From a virus, in the IMG/VR virus record IMGVR_UViG_3300013126_000011: a stretch of 64,000 bases of DNA; one strand, 5' to 3'. Positions 58,808 to 64,000 of the stretch are shown here, piece by piece. Below the pieces are notes generated by a model. The model saw only the letters and a program-made list of their open reading frames with translations, was not told where the DNA came from and searched no databases. Position numbers and translations under genes: made by a program. Within the stretch, counting starts at the first letter, position 1; each line of letters opens with the position of its first letter.

Positions 58808-60145
58808 ATGACAATTTTTGACAAGAATGAGGTAAAAGCATATACGCTTGCTTACTTTGATAACGATTCTTTGGCAACTGATGTTTGGATGAGCAAATAT
58901 GCTCTTCGAGATAAAGAGGGCAATTTTTTGGAGCTTTGTCCAGATGATATGTTTGCGAGAATCGCAAAAGAGTTTGCTCGCATTGAGCAAAAGTATTCAA
59001 ACCCTATGTCGGAAGCTGAAATCTATGGTCTTATTCGTCATTTTCGATTTATTGTGCCTCAAGGTGGACCGCTTTATGGTATTGGCAACAATCATGGGTT
59101 AATGAGTCTTTCGAATTGTGTGGTCGTATCACCTCCGAGGGATTCTGTGTCTGGGATTATGAATACCGGTCGCGACATTGCCAATCTTTACAAGTATCGT
59201 TGTGGAGTTGGAAACGATCTTGACAATCTTCGTCCATGTGGCATGAGCGTTAATAACGCAGCAAAGACAACTACTGGAGCTTGGTCTTTTGCTGATTTTT
59301 TCTCCTATATTACTGGAATGATTGGTCAATCTGGCAGACGTGGAGCTTTAATGTTGTCTATGGGAATCAAGCATCCAGATATTGAAAAGTTTATCGATAT
59401 GAAACGTACAAAGGGCAAAGTAGACAACGCCAATGTTTCCGTTAAGCTTTTCAATGATTTTATGAATGCGGTGGTTGAAGATCGCGAATATATGCTATCT
59501 TGGAATGGATATGCAGAGCGAAAGGTGTCCGCAAAGCTTCTATTTGAGAAAATCTGCAAGGCAGCTTGTGATGAAGGAGAGCCGGGAATCTTGTTTTGGG
59601 ACAACATTCTCAAGAGTGTTCCCTTGCAGTGTTACGCCGATGTAGGTTTCAATCATGTTGGTGTAAATCCATGTGTAACTGGCGATACAGTTGTGGATAC
59701 AAATGGTGGTCAGAAAACAGTCAAAGAGTTATCTGACAATAAAGCTGTATTTTACGTTCAATCTTATAACGAAAAGACCGGACTAGTGGAACCTAAGAGA
59801 GCAACGGCATTTAAAACGAAAGATCGTGCTAAGATTTTGAAGATTAAAACGAAAGACGGAAAAAGTCTTCGTTTAACATCAGATCATCTAGTCTACACTA
59901 ATCGTGGATGGATTAAGGCTGGCGAACTTACAGTTGAAGATAAAATTTTGTCGATGCGGTCGAATGAATCCGTGTCACCTATTTATAATGTACACGGATT
60001 GGAGAACGAAAATGAAGCTATACAACTTGGAATTGGAAAAGAGCAAAATTCAGAAAATCAATACATTACTGGAAACAGTGTTTCCGAGTGCAACAAGCTT
60101 GTCGAACCATCGGGGGAACCGAAAAGTACTTCGACAGTTTGTTGA
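58808..60145 (+). CDS. nrdJ: class II ribonucleotide reductase, N-terminal half fused to a split N-intein
   Basis: KYAL, PQGG, LSNC, GVG, RRGALM, NANVSV, GEPG, GVNP|C (intein start). Confidence 0.92.
   Translation: MTIFDKNEVKAYTLAYFDNDSLATDVWMSKYALRDKEGNFLELCPDDMFARIAKEFARIEQKYSNPMSEAEIYGLIRHFRFIVPQGGPLYGIGNNHGLMSLSNCVVVSPPRDSVSGIMNTGRDIANLYKYRCGVGNDLDNLRPCGMSVNNAAKTTTGAWSFADFFSYITGMIGQSGRRGALMLSMGIKHPDIEKFIDMKRTKGKVDNANVSVKLFNDFMNAVVEDREYMLSWNGYAERKVSAKLLFEKICKAACDEGEPGILFWDNILKSVPLQCYADVGFNHVGVNPCVTGDTVVDTNGGQKTVKELSDNKAVFYVQSYNEKTGLVEPKRATAFKTKDRAKILKIKTKDGKSLRLTSDHLVYTNRGWIKAGELTVEDKILSMRSNESVSPIYNVHGLENENEAIQLGIGKEQNSENQYITGNSVSECNKLVEPSGEPKSTSTVC
59672..59956 (+). mobile_element. split intein, N-terminal part (about 95 aa)
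   Basis: CVTGDTVVDT (block A) ... LRLTSDHLVYTNRGWIKAGEL..EDKI (block B); no C-terminal HN in this ORF. Confidence 0.9.
59979..59985 (+). promoter_or_regulatory. putative late promoter (CTATTTA) inside the nrdJ interruption
   Basis: About 27 nt before ATG 60012, with GGAG Shine-Dalgarno at 60001. Confidence 0.65.
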
Positions 60146-60833
60146 TATTCCGGCGCTTGAAGTACATCGTTCAGAACTTAAAGTTTTGTTGTCGGAATTA
60201 TATTTTGATAATCAGCTTGGATTTAAGTTGATTTTACGTGTATTGGAAAATTCTCATTTGTCGTATAGTAAACTGCGAAAGATTTTTGGGTATTTGGAAA
60301 TAGATTTTCGTAAAGGTACGTCTGTAGTTACAGAACTTTTGCGAAGCGTAAGAAGTCAAAATGCGCTAGCAAAAGAGTGTCCCTTCGAGAATTGGCCAGA
60401 AAAACACCAAGATTGGCTGGTCGGTTCCTCCCGCGCAGCAAATGGATTTTATTATAATGCATCCAAAAAGAAATATGAATTTTTAAGAAGTAGTTATGAA
60501 TTTGCATATGCAAAGTATCTTACTCTGGCTAACAAAAATTGGGGCGTCGAGGAAAGAACATATTTGTTGAATTCTGGTGCATATTATCGTCCTGATTTTT
60601 TCGTTTATGATCAAAATTGGACTTTGGAAAAAATCGTAGAAATTAAATCGATGTACAACTTTGAAGCGGCTCTAAGGCTGCAAAAATATTATGATTTTAA
60701 GCGGCAGTATCCAGAAATTACGACCGAAGTTTTGCTTGACAAGGAACTTTATGAGTTGATCGGAACATCTTATTGTAAGAATCTTCGGGAATGGAAAAGT
60801 GTTCGCAAGCATCTTGGGGAGATTAAAGAATGA
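60012..60833 (+). mobile_element. free-standing PD-(D/E)xK endonuclease between the split-intein halves
   Basis: LRSSYEFAYAKYL, YRPDFFV, IVEIKS; different reading frame from both RNR halves. Confidence 0.82.
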
Positions 60834-60946
60834 TGGTAGAGTTTATCGAGATTGAATCCATTGAAGACTGTGGCGAAGAAGCCGTATACGATTTGACTGT
60901 CGATGATAATCACAACTTTTTTGCAAATGGACTTTTGGTGCATAAT
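60830..60946 (+). mobile_element. split intein, C-terminal part (39 aa)
   Basis: MMVEFIEIESIEDCGEEAVYDLTVDDNHNFFANGLLVHN followed by Cys+1. Confidence 0.92.
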
Positions 60947-62476
60947 TGTTCCGAATTGGTATTATCCGCAGATGATGGTTGTCGTCTTATTACTATCAAT
61001 CTTTCGTCGTTTGTCACTAATGACGAATTTGATATGTTGCAGTTTGGGGAAGTCGTAAGACAAGCGCAGCGATTGTGTGACGATTTGATTGATCTGGAGA
61101 TTGAAAAGCTTCAAGGGATTATCGACGCCAGTAATGAAGATGATGTTGAGCACGTTTTTAGTCGGCTAAAGAGATCTGCAATTGCAGGTCGCAGAACGGG
61201 ATTGGGAGTCTTTGCGCTAGGTGATGCACTTTTGAGAATGGGTCTAAGGTACGACAGCGATGAAGCTGTTGCTTTTGTTGATCAAATGATGAGTACGTTC
61301 AAGAACGCTGCATATATGTCTTCTGTTGCAATGGCAGAGGAACGCGGAGCATTTCCCGTTTGGGAGTGGAACAAAGAAAAAGATAATGAATTTTTGCTTG
61401 GGCTAGATCCCAAAGTTTATGAAAAGATGAGTCAGGTTGGTCGTCGCAATGGCGCTTTGTTAACTATTTCTCCAACAGGTAGTGTAGCCATTGAAGCGAG
61501 AACAACATCAGGCATTGAACCAGTGTTTAGATTGGAATATGATCGTCGCAAGAAGCTTAATCCGGGTGATTCGGAGGCTCCAGACTATACAGACGAAAAC
61601 GGAACATCGTGGAAGCACTATAGCGTTTATCATCCGTATGCACAAGAATATATGGTAAAAAACGGGCTTACTGATATTGCACAACTGCCATCGTATTTCG
61701 TGACTAGCGATCAAATCGATTATCATAAACGCTTGGCCATGCAAGCGGCTTGTCAGAGGCATATTGATCATCAGATTAGTTCAACAGTTAATCTACCACG
61801 CGGCACTACATGGCAAACAGTACGCGACATTTACCTTGAAGCCTGGAAGGTTGGGCTGAAAGGCATTACTGTTTATGTTGATGGGTCTAGAGATGGAGTG
61901 TTGCTTACGAAGGGCGAGAAGACTGAAGCAAAATTCGTTCAGTGTGAAGCTCCAGCTAGACCAGAAAGATTGGAGTGTGAAATTCATCATCTTCAAGTGA
62001 AGAGCGAAAAGTGGACAATCTTGGTTGGCATGTATGATGGAAAACCATATGAGGTTTTTGGTGGCTTAAGTAGCAAGGTGCAGCTTCCAAAGAAGTCCGA
62101 TCACGGCTTTGTGGTTAAGCATGTTAGAAAAACGGCAAAATCAACATATGATCTTGTGATTCCCGTAGGCGAAGGTGAATTGGTCATTCAAGACGTTGTT
62201 GACGTGTTTGACAATCCGACCAACCTGTCTCTATGTCGAATGATTTCTCTTAGTCTTCGTCAAGGTGCTTCAGTTGAACGAGTCGTTGAGCAACTTTTGA
62301 GAAGCGACAAAGAAGCTGATATGTTTACCTTCTGTAAGGGTCTAGCTCGTTGTTTGAAGAAATATATCAAAGATGGCTCTGTTGCTGCTGGTGATGTTTG
62401 TCCAGAATGTCAATCGAAATTGATTTATCAAGGAGGCTGCGTCCAGTGCAGCAGTTGTTCATACTCAAAATGTTGA
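60830..62476 (+). CDS. nrdJ: split C-intein fused to the class II RNR C-terminal half
   Basis: VHN|CSE restores NPCSE; RRTGLG, PTG, SGIEP, ISSTVN, LKGITVY; C-terminal TSCPD-like domain and CxxC..CxxC. Confidence 0.92.
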   Translation: MMVEFIEIESIEDCGEEAVYDLTVDDNHNFFANGLLVHNCSELVLSADDGCRLITINLSSFVTNDEFDMLQFGEVVRQAQRLCDDLIDLEIEKLQGIIDASNEDDVEHVFSRLKRSAIAGRRTGLGVFALGDALLRMGLRYDSDEAVAFVDQMMSTFKNAAYMSSVAMAEERGAFPVWEWNKEKDNEFLLGLDPKVYEKMSQVGRRNGALLTISPTGSVAIEARTTSGIEPVFRLEYDRRKKLNPGDSEAPDYTDENGTSWKHYSVYHPYAQEYMVKNGLTDIAQLPSYFVTSDQIDYHKRLAMQAACQRHIDHQISSTVNLPRGTTWQTVRDIYLEAWKVGLKGITVYVDGSRDGVLLTKGEKTEAKFVQCEAPARPERLECEIHHLQVKSEKWTILVGMYDGKPYEVFGGLSSKVQLPKKSDHGFVVKHVRKTAKSTYDLVIPVGEGELVIQDVVDVFDNPTNLSLCRMISLSLRQGASVERVVEQLLRSDKEADMFTFCKGLARCLKKYIKDGSVAAGDVCPECQSKLIYQGGCVQCSSCSYSKC

Positions 62477-62538
62477 ACTTCACATCTTAGGCATCTTGCA
62501 TAACCAACTTATTCGATCTCTTTAGTCTCTTCTAGCCT

Positions 62539-62545
62539 CTATTTA
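62539..62545 (+). promoter_or_regulatory. putative late promoter (CTATTTA)
   Basis: About 32 nt before TTG 62577. Confidence 0.65.
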
Positions 62546-62576
62546 TATCAGAAATTCTCACCTCGGAGGCTTCTTC

Positions 62577-64000
62577 TTGTCTACAATCTTTTCAGAACGT
62601 AAATGGCGTGCCTATCTTGGCGAAATGCGTCAAGAATATATCGATCAAGTTGCTTCTTCAGATAAACGAATGATGCAAGGTCATCATGCTTTTGATAACC
62701 TGTTCGGAAAGCATTGGCGAATCGTTATTCCTTCTTCAATGAAATGGAATGATTTCTCTCACACGTATCTTGCAACAATGGGATATGCTTGGTTGTCAGA
62801 TATGAAGTCGTTTATCGAAGATCGATACATGGGAGGCAACGTAGCCAAACTAGACATTGACAACAAGCTGGTTAAAGTCAAGAAAAAGGGTGTCAACCCA
62901 AAAAACAACATGCCTTTTGAGCAAGTTGTCGATATGAGGATCAATAAGTTCTTTGCAATGGCAGCATCAGAATATGAGAAGAAAGCGCAGCAGATCGAGA
63001 AAGAAACAGAAGCCAATCCACCAACTAACAATCAGCAACTAAAGAATCGAAAAGAACTTGCCGAAGACGCTAGAGCTTTTGTATATGGCTGTGAATATCA
63101 TTCAAAACGTTGGGAAAAGCGAGCACATCTAATTCAGAACGCTATAATCATCATTTCCAGGCATCCTGTTGATGTTCTTCGAATGAGCGATGTCGGCAAT
63201 GGTACTCATTTTAGATCTTGCCATTCTCAAGGTGGCGATTACTTTGAATGTGCCATTGAAGAAGCTCAAGGTCACGGATTTGTTGCTTATTTGGTTGACA
63301 AGAAAGAGTTCGATAAAATCAAAGACAAAATAGATTCCTATCAAGAGATCTTTTCAGATACTCAACGTGATGTGCCAGGGATTTCAGCGATTTCAAGAGC
63401 AAGAGCAAGAGAATTTTATAGCAAGAAAGACAACTACTCGATTGCTCTGCCAGAAGAGAAAATGTACGGTACAAAGATCGACAGTTTTAAGAGAGATTTT
63501 GATAGTTGGCTGCATTCTGTTCAAGATCCTCAACTACCAAAAAATCTGAATCCAAACGATTTTGAACTGTTGGGTGGAGAATATTCAGATGCAAGAACAA
63601 ATAACGCTGAAGTTGGGCTATTGAAATTGTTCCAAGATTATTTTCCAGATCGAAGATATCGCAATAACGATGAATATATTAATGATTTTGGTGACGATAG
63701 AAACATTCGAATGTTGCAAGATGAAGCTTATGCGATTGAAAAAAAGTATTTGTTGGATTCTAAGGAGATGGAAGAAATTCGACCATTGCGTATTTTAGAG
63801 TCGGTACAGAATATTTCAAAATATAGAGCAATTGATAAAAGAAAACGCAAAACAGTTGTTTTTGCAATGCCGTTATATCGAATTTCAACAAAACTATTTG
63901 TCGAATATTGCAAAAATAATAACATGCGAATGCCAAATGTCGGCGGCTTTTTGTCTTTTGGTGATAAGTCTTTTGGTGATAGGTTTGATGCGCGGGTTAT
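62577..64000 (+). CDS. hypothetical late protein, paralogue of 53857 (partial, runs off the window; not in the ORF track)
   Basis: GGAGG Shine-Dalgarno plus TTG; MSTIFSERKWRAYLGEM...FDNLFGKHWRIVIP...IIISRHPVDVLRMSD...SCHSQGGDYFECAIEEAQGHGFVAYLV. Confidence 0.75.
   Translation, partial: MSTIFSERKWRAYLGEMRQEYIDQVASSDKRMMQGHHAFDNLFGKHWRIVIPSSMKWNDFSHTYLATMGYAWLSDMKSFIEDRYMGGNVAKLDIDNKLVKVKKKGVNPKNNMPFEQVVDMRINKFFAMAASEYEKKAQQIEKETEANPPTNNQQLKNRKELAEDARAFVYGCEYHSKRWEKRAHLIQNAIIIISRHPVDVLRMSDVGNGTHFRSCHSQGGDYFECAIEEAQGHGFVAYLVDKKEFDKIKDKIDSYQEIFSDTQRDVPGISAISRARAREFYSKKDNYSIALPEEKMYGTKIDSFKRDFDSWLHSVQDPQLPKNLNPNDFELLGGEYSDARTNNAEVGLLKLFQDYFPDRRYRNNDEYINDFGDDRNIRMLQDEAYAIEKKYLLDSKEMEEIRPLRILESVQNISKYRAIDKRKRKTVVFAMPLYRISTKLFVEYCKNNNMRMPNVGGFLSFGDKSFGDRFDARV

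Noticed and set aside
59904-60011. Longer nuclease start given by the ORF track
   Set aside because: It overlaps intein block B; ATG 60012 has an SD and a promoter motif.
59957-60829. Group I intron interrupting nrdJ
   Set aside because: There is no room for, or sign of, a structured ribozyme core. The interval is almost entirely a nuclease ORF, and the C-half has its own Met start and intein blocks. RT-PCR is still needed to exclude it formally.
147-63925. Numerous short minus-strand and nested ORFs (e.g. 41265..41930, 40095..40586, 29476..30036)
   Set aside because: They are shadows of well-supported + strand genes, with no SD, promoter or family motifs.
1-64000. Stop-codon reassignment, as seen in some large phages
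   Set aside because: Conserved genes are full length in the standard code, and TAA, TAG and TGA all end genes directly before the next start.
1-64000. CRISPR array, DGR or retron, rRNA, integrase
   Set aside because: I saw no regularly spaced repeats, reverse-transcriptase motifs, rRNA-like sequence or recombinase motifs.

Overview
This is a 64-kb segment of a large, AT-rich (roughly 38% GC by eye) T4-related myovirus genome. It uses the standard genetic code, and all but one of the real genes are on the + strand. Gene order: (1) a recombination block (RuvC-like resolvase, primase, fused SbcD-SbcC); (2) a head module (terminase with a mini-intein, portal, prohead protease with a LAGLIDADG intein, ribosomal protein bS21, scaffold, major capsid); (3) two free-standing endonucleases; (4) a sigma70-promoter island (lytic transglycosylase and small ORFs); (5) a neck and contractile-tail module (gp13/14/15-like, sheath, tube, chaperone with a probable frameshift, tape measure, baseplate); (6) a replication block (minimal PolA-like protein, tubulin/FtsZ-like protein, DUF2829/Tad2, SSB, RecA, deaminase, 5'-3' exonuclease, helicase) ending in a fractured class II ribonucleotide reductase. 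Highlights: the nrdJ gene is split by a trans-splicing intein, with a late-promoter-driven PD-(D/E)xK nuclease between the halves. A recurring amphipathic peptide tag ending in Glu marks many unrelated proteins as probable capsid cargo. These include three paralogues that look like ADP-ribosyltransferases with a hypervariable insert (one fused to a Nudix hydrolase), a GNAT fusion and a duplicated unknown family. A CTA(T/A/G)TTA late-promoter motif sits about 30 nt before late genes, and there is a promoter-driven non-canonical tRNA-like RNA. All calls come from manual motif recognition; no searches were run.
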